DNA of 35,487 bases from an uncultured virus (IMG/VR IMGVR_UViG_3300039039_000012) (IMGVR_UViG_3300039039_000012), one strand, 5' to 3'; counted from the first letter of the stretch, positions 1-9,163 are shown. The notes: generated from the sequence alone by a model not told the origin. Made by a program: numbers and translations.

Positions 1-316
1 CTATTGTTCCAACTCCCTCTCTTTCTCTCCTATAACTTCTCGTTATAACTCCATAACTTTTCATTATAACCACTATAACTATTAGTTATACTATCATCTT
101 CTCAGTCTCATTCATTATAACCTTTGGTTATACCATCATCATCAACATTAGTTCTGACATCAGCTTTAGCTCTAGTTTCGTCATAAACTTTATCGTTAAG
201 CCCAGTATTAAGACTAGTCCTAACAGTATTATCAAGTCTAATAAGACTTCTAGTCATAATGACCAATAGCATTAGTTCTAGTTAATAATAGCACTATTAA
301 TATTATCAGTATTATA

Positions 317-493
317 ATGACTATTAATACTAGTCATGCTAATATTGCTGGTGGTATTACTAATGATATTCTTAATATTCTTGATATTACTGATTCTCTT
401 TATACTAATGATACTCTTGATACTATTGATATTTATTATACTCGTAGTAAGTTAATTCCTATTGCTATAACTATTTTAATTATTTTAACATAG
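317..493 (+). CDS. possible 58-aa small protein with hydrophobic C-terminus
   Basis: ATG317..TAG493 read by hand (MTINTSHANIAGGITNDILNILDITDSL...LIPIAITILIILT); strong NNT codon pattern, but lies in low-complexity DNA. Confidence 0.3.
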   Translation: MTINTSHANIAGGITNDILNILDITDSLYTNDTLDTIDIYYTRSKLIPIAITILIILT

Positions 494-539
494 CTATTGA
501 TTATTAGTTAGAATTATAGTATAAATAAATTATAATATA

Positions 540-570
540 TTTGGAGTATTATATTTAATTATTATATTTG
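540..570 (+). promoter_or_regulatory. Bacteroidota sigma-A type promoter (-33 TTTG / -7 TAnnTTTG)
   Basis: TTTG 540-543, 19-nt spacer, TATATTTG 563-570, upstream of ATG635. Confidence 0.8.
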
Positions 571-634
571 TCGTGTTGTTCAGTAGAGTAATATTGCTAC
601 TGATAATAATATTAATCTTAAACTTATAAGTGTT

Positions 635-1252
635 ATGGTAAATTTTGATAATGTTACTAGTAATGTTCAATCTAAGCCTAGAAAGAAAACTATGGCTGAA
701 AGTTTAGAAGAAGCTAAACAAGAGGGTAAACTTGTTGTTCCTGAAGAAGATACACAAGTTAATGCTGTTGTTAGTAGTGAAACTGTTCAACCTAAGAATA
801 AAGCTAGGAAGAAGAAACAAAGTAAAGTTCGTAAACAGGAAGAACAAACTACTGTTGTTAGTCAATCTAATGAAGATAATGATTTTAAAGATGCTAAGAC
901 TGATAAGCGTGGTGTTCCTGTTGGAATTAATGTTCCTCAGCATATTCTTGATGTAGTTTGTATTGTTAAGTTTAATGCTGCTTTTAGACGTCATACTTCT
1001 CTTAATATTCTTCATACTTTAGAAGACGATGGTAGGATTAATAACTCTAAAGGTGCTTATGTTGATTTTCTATGGAATAAGTTTAGAGTTACTGCTGATG
1101 GTGGTCTTCGTAGAGAATATAGATATATAGAAGATTTATTTATTGATGCTCTTGTTAAAGCTCATGCTGATGTAGCTACTGATAATCAAAAGGTTATTAA
1201 TAGTATGATTGATACAGAAGCTGAACTTAATAAAGCTAAATCTCCTGATTAA
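635..1252 (+). CDS. hypothetical protein, basic/disordered N-terminal half
   Basis: 205-aa ORF with genome-typical codon bias, downstream of host-type promoter. Confidence 0.85.
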   Translation: MVNFDNVTSNVQSKPRKKTMAESLEEAKQEGKLVVPEEDTQVNAVVSSETVQPKNKARKKKQSKVRKQEEQTTVVSQSNEDNDFKDAKTDKRGVPVGINVPQHILDVVCIVKFNAAFRRHTSLNILHTLEDDGRINNSKGAYVDFLWNKFRVTADGGLRREYRYIEDLFIDALVKAHADVATDNQKVINSMIDTEAELNKAKSPD

Positions 1253-1269
1253 CTAAGTTTGTAGTATAG

Positions 1270-1413
1270 ACTCCCCGTGGAGGATGATAGTGTTGTTGAA
1301 TTAGTTAAAGCTAGTCTTCATTTGCTATTCATTTTTATCCATTTTGTTACAGGGTTTTATATTTGTTTGTTTAGAGTTAAATACATTGATGATAATCATC
1401 CTCTACTCGGAGT
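1270..1413. repeat. inverted pair of GC-rich dispersed motif (copies 1 and 2)
   Basis: ACTCCCCGTGGAGGATG 1270-1286 and degenerate CATCCTCTACTCGGAGT 1397-1413. Confidence 0.85.
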
Positions 1414-1432
1414 TTATTTTAAATATATTATT

Positions 1433-1612
1433 ATGGAAAGAACTGATATTTATTTTGTTGAAGATGATACAAGTTTCAATAATAATGTTGAAGGTGTTGA
1501 AATTCATGCAGAATGTCTAAGTCAAGATTATGATGACATTGCTTGGGAACCAACAATTGATGATACTCCTGCTGTTGATCCTGAAAATGATATTTTTGGT
1601 TATTACGATTAA
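1433..1612 (+). CDS. small highly acidic protein (59 aa)
   Basis: ATG1433 after an AT-rich leader; MERTDIYFVEDD...DIFGYYD. The GTG1277 start in the ORF track falls inside the repeat motif. Confidence 0.7.
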   Translation: MERTDIYFVEDDTSFNNNVEGVEIHAECLSQDYDDIAWEPTIDDTPAVDPENDIFGYYD

Positions 1613-1627
1613 TTAAATGTTTGTATT

Positions 1628-2179
1628 ATGAATTATAATGAAATTTTTGCAAGTTGTATTATGTCTGAATTACATAACGAAGCCGATTTATCAAAAAGTT
1701 GTGAATATTGTAAAGAATTAGCTGATTTTAGTGAAGCTATTAAAGGTAAAGGTTTATCTAGTAAAGAATATGCTCTAGCTATTAATTTATTTAGTTTTGT
1801 TTATAGAGAAAAACATCATGTTGAATCTTTTGGTAATACTAGAGAAAGTGTTATTGAATATGCTCTTGATAATTTTCAAATAGATTGGTTAGTAAGACGT
1901 TGGGATAACGTAATTAAATCTAAGGATGAACTTAAAAATGTTATTGCTGTTCTTCCTCAAAGTTTTAAAAATATTATTGTTGATATTGTTGATACGCAAT
2001 CTCTTATTAATCATAATATTGCTGAATATCTTATTAAAACTTCTGAAGAAGAATCAATTGAAATAAGTAAGATGCTTATTCCTACTACAGATAATGAAAA
2101 TAAACTTAAACACTTTACTGAAAATGAACTTATAGAAGAACTTAAACGTAGAGAAAAAGAACGAATTGCTACAAAATAA
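1628..2179 (+). CDS. hypothetical protein
   Basis: 183-aa ORF, typical codon bias; C-terminal 'LKHFTENELIEELKRR' tail. Confidence 0.85.
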   Translation: MNYNEIFASCIMSELHNEADLSKSCEYCKELADFSEAIKGKGLSSKEYALAINLFSFVYREKHHVESFGNTRESVIEYALDNFQIDWLVRRWDNVIKSKDELKNVIAVLPQSFKNIIVDIVDTQSLINHNIAEYLIKTSEEESIEISKMLIPTTDNENKLKHFTENELIEELKRREKERIATK

Positions 2180-2205
2180 TTAATAATCCCATTTTAGATA
2201 CTATG

Positions 2206-2502
2206 GTCTGTGAAGATAGTAGTATTATTTCACTTGCTGATGATGGAGGAATTGAACTCCGAAACTATGATATTGTTATTATCCGTTTTAATTTCTAAAA
2301 TTGTAGGTTTTGTAATAGTACGGTCTGTGAAGATAGTGCTATTAATATTTATCATAGTCCAAGTGTTATATGTCATATTTGATTTGGTGTTAATGATGTT
2401 ATTATTGATTGTGAAATTAGTAATAACAATGTCTGTATCAAACATTTCGTTTTATATGATTTCGTATTTGTAGATTTGCCTAGTATTGTCTGTGAAGATA
2501 GT
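2206..2502 (+). repeat. three exact 15-bp direct repeats GTCTGTGAAGATAGT
   Basis: copies at 2206-2220, 2323-2337, 2488-2502. Confidence 0.9.
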
Positions 2503-2550
2503 ACTAGGCTTTTTAGTATGTATATTATTAACTTTAAATATATAATTAAA

Positions 2551-2913
2551 ATGGATAATTTTGATTCTCTTATTTTTGATGGTCTATTAGATAGATACAT
2601 TGAAGAACAAGCTAAGTTTGAAAAAGGACAGGTAGTATATATGGAATATACTTATCAATATCATAATCAAACTAAACTTGGTGTTTGTGTTGGTATTGTA
2701 ACTGGAATTGGAGTTACTAAGGTTGAACGTACAATAGGTAATAATAAATATATTGATTATCCTATTGTATATACTGTTACTCACGCTAAAGGTGTTAGTT
2801 ATAATGTTAGTGAATGTAAACTTGGTTCTGTATCTGAACATATTCTTAAAGAACGTCTTAAACGTGATGGTAAGAATAATGAACAGAATAATGAGGCTGA
2901 ACAGAATGGCTAG
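2551..2913 (+). CDS. hypothetical protein (possible SH3/KOW-like beta fold)
   Basis: ATG2551 (MDNFDSLIFDG...) after an AT-rich leader, within ORF 2476-2913; fold is a guess from the 'FEKGQVVY...GIVTGI' pattern. Confidence 0.75.
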   Translation: MDNFDSLIFDGLLDRYIEEQAKFEKGQVVYMEYTYQYHNQTKLGVCVGIVTGIGVTKVERTIGNNKYIDYPIVYTVTHAKGVSYNVSECKLGSVSEHILKERLKRDGKNNEQNNEAEQNG

Positions 2914-2945
2914 TTATTCATAGTCTGACATGTTCATGGATATAA

Positions 2946-3028
2946 TTCTTTTGCCCTCTGTTGAATTTTCATATATAATCTGATTAATCTATCACGATTA
3001 ATATTGAGTTCAATACAGGGCAAAAGAA
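2946..3028. repeat. intergenic hairpin element, copy A
   Basis: arms TTCTTTTGCCCTCTGTTGAA 2946-2965 and TTCAATACAGGGCAAAAGAA 3009-3028 enclosing TGATTAATCTATCACG. Confidence 0.85.
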
Positions 3029-3071
3029 CTAGCTAATAAATGTTAAACTAAAAATTTAATACAGTTTTATT

Positions 3072-3644
3072 ATGAATTATATTGCTTATAAGAATATTGA
3101 TGGTACTATTACAACTGGATTTAAAGTTAAACTTTATGATATAGTTACTTTGAATACTGGTTATTGGAAAGATAAACTTGCTATTGTTCTATATATTAAT
3201 GAAGCTAAAAAACAAATTAAAGTTCGTATTATCGAATGTGGTATGGATTTAACTCTTAAAGTTAAAGATGTTCAATTTGTTAATCATAATAATAGAACTG
3301 CTGCTCGTTCTTATATTGATTTATGTAATAAACTATCTAAAGCCTTTCATGATAAATATACTGATAAACAGTATATAAAAAATAATTGGTTTACTGATAA
3401 GTTTATTATTAATGATGTAACTGCTACTACTATTGCCATAGGTATTGGTAAATATATTACTAATATTGATAGTGATAGATATTCTGTTAGTGCTATTATG
3501 TGGCTTAGTGATATTAAAGATTATATAGATGCTTTGCTTAAATATGGTGATTTTGATTTTGTTGCTAAGGCATTTAAAATCTATAATATTGCTGATACTA
3601 GATTTGAATTTATTCATAAACTTTATAATTATTTCTATGATTGA
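3072..3644 (+). CDS. hypothetical protein with KOW-like N-terminus
   Basis: 190-aa ORF; 'YDIVTLNTGYWKDKLAIVLYINEAKKQIKV' resembles a KOW motif. Confidence 0.8.
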   Translation: MNYIAYKNIDGTITTGFKVKLYDIVTLNTGYWKDKLAIVLYINEAKKQIKVRIIECGMDLTLKVKDVQFVNHNNRTAARSYIDLCNKLSKAFHDKYTDKQYIKNNWFTDKFIINDVTATTIAIGIGKYITNIDSDRYSVSAIMWLSDIKDYIDALLKYGDFDFVAKAFKIYNIADTRFEFIHKLYNYFYD

Positions 3645-3897
3645 AGATGCTATTGGATATATTCTTGGAGTTTGTGTTGGATGTATTTTATTTCTTATTT
3701 ATGAAGTATTTAATCTATATAAGAAGATTGAACGAATTAATATAGATATTAATAAACTTCAAAATAAAGATATAGAATTTCATCGTAATATTGAATTTAT
3801 TATTAATGATAGTGAATATAATAAAGAAGTTCTTGAACATTTTATTGATAAACTTAATAAACTTAATGATAGTATTAAAGCGAAAGTTGATGACTAG
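3637..3897 (+). CDS. small membrane-anchored coiled-coil protein
   Basis: ATG3637 overlaps the upstream stop; N-terminal hydrophobic helix AIGYILGVCVGCILFLIY. Confidence 0.75.
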   Translation: MIEDAIGYILGVCVGCILFLIYEVFNLYKKIERINIDINKLQNKDIEFHRNIEFIINDSEYNKEVLEHFIDKLNKLNDSIKAKVDD

Positions 3898-3905
3898 CTT
3901 GCTTC

Positions 3906-3956
3906 CATCCTCTACGGGGGGTCGCCACGGAGCGTAGCGTAGTGGCTCTACTAATC
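3906..3956 (+). repeat. GC-rich motif copy 3 plus CGNAG x3 hairpin and CTACTAATC tail
   Basis: CATCCTCTACGGGGGGT 3906-3922; GCCA-CGGAG-CGTAG-CGTAG-TGGC 3924-3946; CTACTAATC 3948-3956. Confidence 0.9.
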
Positions 3957-4033
3957 TAACTATTATTGAATTTATTATAGTTTTAACTATTAAATATAAT
4001 TGTTTTATTAATCTTTAAAAATGTAAAGTACTT

Positions 4034-4366
4034 ATGAAAAAGTATGATGAAGTTTCTGTTGTTCGTCAACTTAATAATGTTGGCGCTGTTATTGGAATCA
4101 ATCCTGCTAGTAAAGTTATTAAAGTAGCTAAGAATAGTTCTATTGGTAATGGAACTAGTGGTAAGATTGATTTTCTTACTCATTATTGCGGTTATTATCT
4201 TGAATATGTTGATGTTATTCAACAACAAAAAGAACGTGATGAAGAAATTGCTGCTAAGAAAGCTGCTAAAAAGGCTGCTCGTAAAGCTAAATTTGCAGAG
4301 GATAATACTTTTAAAGGTATTACTCGTGCTGTTGATAAACGTATGCGTACTATTAAAAGAAAGTAG
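4034..4366 (+). CDS. hypothetical basic protein
   Basis: 110-aa ORF with Ala/Lys-rich helix. Confidence 0.85.
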   Translation: MKKYDEVSVVRQLNNVGAVIGINPASKVIKVAKNSSIGNGTSGKIDFLTHYCGYYLEYVDVIQQQKERDEEIAAKKAAKKAARKAKFAEDNTFKGITRAVDKRMRTIKRK

Positions 4367-4372
4367 TATGCT

Positions 4373-4846
4373 ATGGTTAGCTTTAAATTCTCATTTGGGG
4401 TTGTAGGTAAATCCAAAGAGAAAGGAATAGTCAATAAATATGTTATTATAGTTGCTAAATGTGAAGGTATTATTAGATATATTGATGGTACTTATAAAGT
4501 AGAATACAATGGCAAACTATATAGCATTACAGGTGAAAGTTACAGAACTAAAGGAAAGAAAGTTGTTTATGCTCGTCGATTAGATGAATATAATCATAGA
4601 ATTAAAATTATAAGAGATAGTGAAAATAGAAAAACTGTTGATACTAGATTTTATATTCCTTTTGCTGCTGGACTTATAGCTAAAGGTAAAATTGTTAAAA
4701 TGCCTTTTGCTAAGGAATTGTTTCATATTACTACGTGTTATAATCGTGGTGATAGTGAATCTACTATTTTAGCTTTTCAAGAATGGAAAGAATATGAAGA
4801 TAAAGTTAAAAATAATCTTATTGATATAAATAATGAATTGGAATGA
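4373..4846 (+). CDS. hypothetical protein
   Basis: 157-aa ORF, stop overlaps the helicase start (ATGA). Confidence 0.8.
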   Translation: MVSFKFSFGVVGKSKEKGIVNKYVIIVAKCEGIIRYIDGTYKVEYNGKLYSITGESYRTKGKKVVYARRLDEYNHRIKIIRDSENRKTVDTRFYIPFAAGLIAKGKIVKMPFAKELFHITTCYNRGDSESTILAFQEWKEYEDKVKNNLIDINNELE

Positions 4847-6303
4847 TTAGTAAACTAGAAATAGCTAATACTCCTAAGAAAGACAATAATATTACTTTTA
4901 CTAAAGACCAAGAAATTGCTGTGCATAAACTTATTGAGTTTCTTGCACAGCCTTGGGATGATAAGAAATATATTAATGCTCTTTGTGGTGCTGGAGGTAC
5001 AGGTAAGACATTTGTTATTAAATATGTTATTAATAATTGCAAATGGTCTTGTGGTGTTATAGGCTGTGCTGCTCCTACACATAAAGCTTGTAGAGTTCTT
5101 AGTAATTCTATTGGTGGAAAAGAAGTTAATACAATTCAATCATTGTTTGGTTTTAGACTTGATGTTAATATTGAAAATTTTGACCCTGAAAATCCTGCCT
5201 TTAATCCTGTTGGAAAAGATAAACTAGATGGTCTTAAAGTTTTAATTATTGATGAAGCTTCTATGCTTAATGCTAAACTTGTTAAGTATATTAGTAATAA
5301 ATGTAAGAAGCTTCAAATTAAAGTTATAATGCTTGGTGACTCTAGTCAGCTTCCACCTGTTAATGAGAAAACTAGTCAAGCTTTTCTTATTGCTAGTAAT
5401 ACTTATTATCTTAAAGAAGTTGTACGACAAGGAGATAATAATCCTATTAGTAAACTTCTTAAACTTCTTCGAGAAGATATAGATAATAAGAATGGATGGA
5501 GATTTCTTGATTATATATCTAAAAATAGACAAGATTATAATGAAGAAACTAAAGGATTTTATGTTTGTGGTCAAACTGAATTTTCTGATTTAATTGATAC
5601 TTGTTTTAATGATGAAGAATATACTAAAAATATTGATTTGTATCGTATTATAGCTTATACTAATAGTCGTGTTGCACAATGGAATAACCATGTAAGACAT
5701 ATGATTATTCAAGATGCTGATAAAAGTCTTATTACTCGTAACGATTTAATAATGAGTTATACTACTGTTGTTAATGTTTTTAATGATATTATTATAAACA
5801 ATAGTGAAGAATATATTGTTAAAGATATTGTTGATACAGTTGATAATGATTATGAGTTTAAAGGATTTCTTATTAAGTTTCAAGCTATTCATGGTGGAAC
5901 TATAACTCAACCTTTATTTGTTATTGACCATTATGATAACTATACATTTCAAATGTATTATAAGAAATTGACTAGTCTTATTGATGATGCTAAAAAAGCT
6001 AGTAGTTCTGAACGTGGAAGTAAATGGAAACAATATTTTGATTTTAAACGTAAATATCTTATCGCTTCTAATATTACGAATAGTAATGGTAAGATTTTAT
6101 TTAGTAGAGATTTAGATTATGGTTTTGCAATTACTTCTCATAGAGCACAAGGTTCTACTTATAAAAATGTATTTGTAGATATTAACGATATGATTTATGA
6201 TAAATATGGTCATCCTTATACTAATAGAGATGAAATGCTTCGTAGATTGTATGTTGCTTGTTCTCGCGCTAGTAATCAATTAGTATTATCTTATGGCAAG
6301 TAA
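4843..6303 (+). CDS. dda: SF1B Dda/RecD-like DNA helicase
   Basis: Walker A GAGGTGKT, APTHKA, IIDEASM, GDSSQLPPV, EVVRQ, FAITSHRAQGSTY, LYVACSRA. Confidence 0.92.
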   Translation: MISKLEIANTPKKDNNITFTKDQEIAVHKLIEFLAQPWDDKKYINALCGAGGTGKTFVIKYVINNCKWSCGVIGCAAPTHKACRVLSNSIGGKEVNTIQSLFGFRLDVNIENFDPENPAFNPVGKDKLDGLKVLIIDEASMLNAKLVKYISNKCKKLQIKVIMLGDSSQLPPVNEKTSQAFLIASNTYYLKEVVRQGDNNPISKLLKLLREDIDNKNGWRFLDYISKNRQDYNEETKGFYVCGQTEFSDLIDTCFNDEEYTKNIDLYRIIAYTNSRVAQWNNHVRHMIIQDADKSLITRNDLIMSYTTVVNVFNDIIINNSEEYIVKDIVDTVDNDYEFKGFLIKFQAIHGGTITQPLFVIDHYDNYTFQMYYKKLTSLIDDAKKASSSERGSKWKQYFDFKRKYLIASNITNSNGKILFSRDLDYGFAITSHRAQGSTYKNVFVDINDMIYDKYGHPYTNRDEMLRRLYVACSRASNQLVLSYGK

Positions 6304-6835
6304 AACTGTTGACGAATATCCTGATTGTGAAAGATGTCCAAATCGTATATTTAATACAGGTAAATATATACAAGGTGGTAGAGGAAGTATTCATGGAGAT
6401 GTTGTTTTCCTATTTCCTAGAGGTGATAGAGTTTATTGTGAAGGTTATCAATTATTTACTGATATTGGTAATCTTTATGATGAATATTCTGGACGTAATA
6501 ATACTGAAGATGTGTATATGACTTATAGTATTAAATGTGCTTGTTCTAATAATTATAATACATATCTTACTGCTATTGATAAATGTCGTAATATTCTATG
6601 GAAAGAATTAGCTAGAATTAATTATAAGTATCTATTTATATTTGGTGATGCTTATCTTAGTATTAGTAATAATCATATTCCTAGATTTATGGCTACTGGT
6701 GGTAAGTATATATTTAATAATTATTCTCCTCTTATTAAATTTAAAGATGATAATCTTTATCATATATTTAAACAGCGTTTTGCTGATGATGTTAATTGGG
6801 TTACTAAAAATAGAAATAATTATGGTATAATATAA
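6293..6835 (+). CDS. family-4 uracil-DNA glycosylase-like protein, degenerate active site
   Basis: CERC...G.G...VFL, 'YMTYSIKC', 'KCRNILWKEL', 'FIFG', 'NYSP' map onto the UDG-4 scaffold. Confidence 0.65.
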   Translation: MASKTVDEYPDCERCPNRIFNTGKYIQGGRGSIHGDVVFLFPRGDRVYCEGYQLFTDIGNLYDEYSGRNNTEDVYMTYSIKCACSNNYNTYLTAIDKCRNILWKELARINYKYLFIFGDAYLSISNNHIPRFMATGGKYIFNNYSPLIKFKDDNLYHIFKQRFADDVNWVTKNRNNYGII

Positions 6836-9163
6836 ATGATTAATTGTATAGCTTATGATGTTGAAGTTTTAAGAAATTTCTTTTCTGTTACTTTTGTTAG
6901 TATTAATAGTTATCTTAAAGTTTTTAAGGATTGTGTTAATGCTGATAATAAAGCTATTCCTTTAGTTCAAAAACTATCTGTTGAAGAAATTAAAGCTCGT
7001 CTTGAAACTGTTGAAAAACATAGTTTTCATATAACAGATAAAGATGATAGTCAATTACTTTCTATGATAGGTTATATTAATAAGACTAGATGTTATAAAG
7101 ATTCTAATGGAAATATTATTCGTACTGACTTGTATGGATTTAATAATTTCAATTATGATAATCTTATGATTGCTGCTTTACTTAGTTTTTATATGCGTAC
7201 GAATAGTACGAAAGAACTTATTAATAAGTTATATGAAACAAGTAAAACTATAATTAATAGTCAAAATGATAAAGATAGATTTAAAAATGATTTTTATCTT
7301 ACTAGTCTTAGAAAATATAAACTACCATTTACTGGTATTGATGTAATGAGAATATTTGCTCTTAACAAGGCAAGTTCTGTTATAGATAAGAAAACAGGAG
7401 AACGTAAATATGTTCCTAAAGGTCTTAAGCAAACTTCTATTAATCTTCAATGGTATGAACTTCTAGAATATGAACTTCCTAATATCAATGAAAAAGAAGC
7501 TGAACTATATAATAGTATTCCTAATCTTAAGGGGATGACTGTTCAACAACTTAATAAGTTTGTTGATAAGTGGGATAGATTTATTCTTGATGAATATATT
7601 GAACCTATGATGCATTATAATCTTAATGATGTTTTTATAGTTTGTGAAATTGTTCGTCTTTATCCTGAAGAAATTAAATCCAGATATGCTATTAGTAGAG
7701 CTTATGATGTAGACGTTCTTAATTCTAGTCGTAGTAAAACTGCTGATATTCTTTTTGAGAAGTTTTATAGTAAATTTAGTGGTCTTGCTCCTGAACAATG
7801 GAAAGGTAAGAAAACTGAAAGAACTGCTATGAGTTTTAAAAAAGTTATTTTTCCTTTTATTAAATTTAAAACTAAACCTATGCAAGATTTTCTTGATGAA
7901 TGTCTTAAAACTACTATTTATAGAGTTAATAAAGATGCGTTTAGTAAAGAAGTTAAAATTGGAAATGTAACTTATACTGTTGCTACTGGAGGTTTACATA
8001 GTCAAGATAATCCTATTGAATTATGGAGTAGTGGAAGAGAATTATTTCCATCCTCTACGGGGGGTCAACACGATGTTCTTAATGACGATGATTATGTTTA
8101 TATTCATGCTGATATTAATAGTATGTATCCTAGTATTATTGCTGCTCATAAAGTAGCTCCAGCTCATCTTGATACAAATGCTTTTTGTAATCTTATTGGT
8201 TGGCTTAAAAATAAGAGAGTTGAAGTTAAACACAGCGATGAAGATACTGTTGACGGAATTGATAGAGATACTTTAGCTTTAGTTTTAAAGATTGTTATTA
8301 ATTCTGTTTATGGTAAACTTGGATTTGAAAATGGTAATCTTTATGATAGATTAGCTGTACTTAAGACTACTATTAATGGGCAGTTAATGATGCTAATGTT
8401 GGTTGAGGAATTAGAGTTACACAATATTCATGTGTTAAGTGCTAATACAGATGGTATTGTTATTAAACTTTATAAACGAGATATTGATGTTTATAATCGT
8501 ATTAAAGATGATTGGGAACAAACTACTAAACTTAAGTTTGATACTGATTATTATCATTGTCTTGTTAGTAGAGATATAAATAATTATCTTAGCCAATTTA
8601 GAGTTATTAAAAATGGTGTTCATAAACTTAAGCTTGAATCTAAAGGTGCTCTTAATCCTATGATGTATTCTTTAGATTTAACTAAAGGTTATTCTATGCC
8701 TATTGTTGCTCAAGCTATTGAAAACTATTTTCTTAAGAATAAACCTGTAATGGATACTCTTCAAGAAGCTACTAATATTCTTGACTTTTGTCTTACTCAA
8801 AATGTAGGTAAACAATTTCATGTAGAAGAAACTAAGATTGAAAATGGACAAGTTGCTCATGTTGTTTGTCAAAGATATGTTAGATTTTATGTTTCTAATA
8901 GAGGATATATTATTGAGAAAGTTCATAATGATAACGGTTCTCGTAGTAGAATGGCGGCTGGTTCTGTTGTAACGGTTATTAATAGTCTTGATGATAAAGA
9001 TATTTCTCTTAGAGATATTAATTTTAAATTTTATTATCAAGAAGCTATGAAGATTATTAATCCTATTAAACTTAAGATTTCTCCTAAAGGTAAAGGTAAA
9101 AGTAAAATTAAAAAATATAGTGGTATGTATAATCCTATTTTTAATGAAGATGACTTTGGATGA
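6836..9163 (+). CDS. polB: family B DNA polymerase with 3'-5' exonuclease domain
   Basis: ExoI YDVE, ExoII GFNNFNYD, ExoIII YNLND; motif A DINSMYPS, motif B KIVINSVYG, motif C NTDG. Confidence 0.95.
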   Translation: MINCIAYDVEVLRNFFSVTFVSINSYLKVFKDCVNADNKAIPLVQKLSVEEIKARLETVEKHSFHITDKDDSQLLSMIGYINKTRCYKDSNGNIIRTDLYGFNNFNYDNLMIAALLSFYMRTNSTKELINKLYETSKTIINSQNDKDRFKNDFYLTSLRKYKLPFTGIDVMRIFALNKASSVIDKKTGERKYVPKGLKQTSINLQWYELLEYELPNINEKEAELYNSIPNLKGMTVQQLNKFVDKWDRFILDEYIEPMMHYNLNDVFIVCEIVRLYPEEIKSRYAISRAYDVDVLNSSRSKTADILFEKFYSKFSGLAPEQWKGKKTERTAMSFKKVIFPFIKFKTKPMQDFLDECLKTTIYRVNKDAFSKEVKIGNVTYTVATGGLHSQDNPIELWSSGRELFPSSTGGQHDVLNDDDYVYIHADINSMYPSIIAAHKVAPAHLDTNAFCNLIGWLKNKRVEVKHSDEDTVDGIDRDTLALVLKIVINSVYGKLGFENGNLYDRLAVLKTTINGQLMMLMLVEELELHNIHVLSANTDGIVIKLYKRDIDVYNRIKDDWEQTTKLKFDTDYYHCLVSRDINNYLSQFRVIKNGVHKLKLESKGALNPMMYSLDLTKGYSMPIVAQAIENYFLKNKPVMDTLQEATNILDFCLTQNVGKQFHVEETKIENGQVAHVVCQRYVRFYVSNRGYIIEKVHNDNGSRSRMAAGSVVTVINSLDDKDISLRDINFKFYYQEAMKIINPIKLKISPKGKGKSKIKKYSGMYNPIFNEDDFG
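8049..8065 (+). repeat. GC-rich motif copy 4 (inside polB)
   Basis: CATCCTCTACGGGGGGT, translated PSSTGG. Confidence 0.9.

Noticed and set aside
2206..2502. Possible mini-CRISPR array
   Set aside because: Repeat is only 15 bp, spacers are 102 and 150 bp, and no cas gene is present
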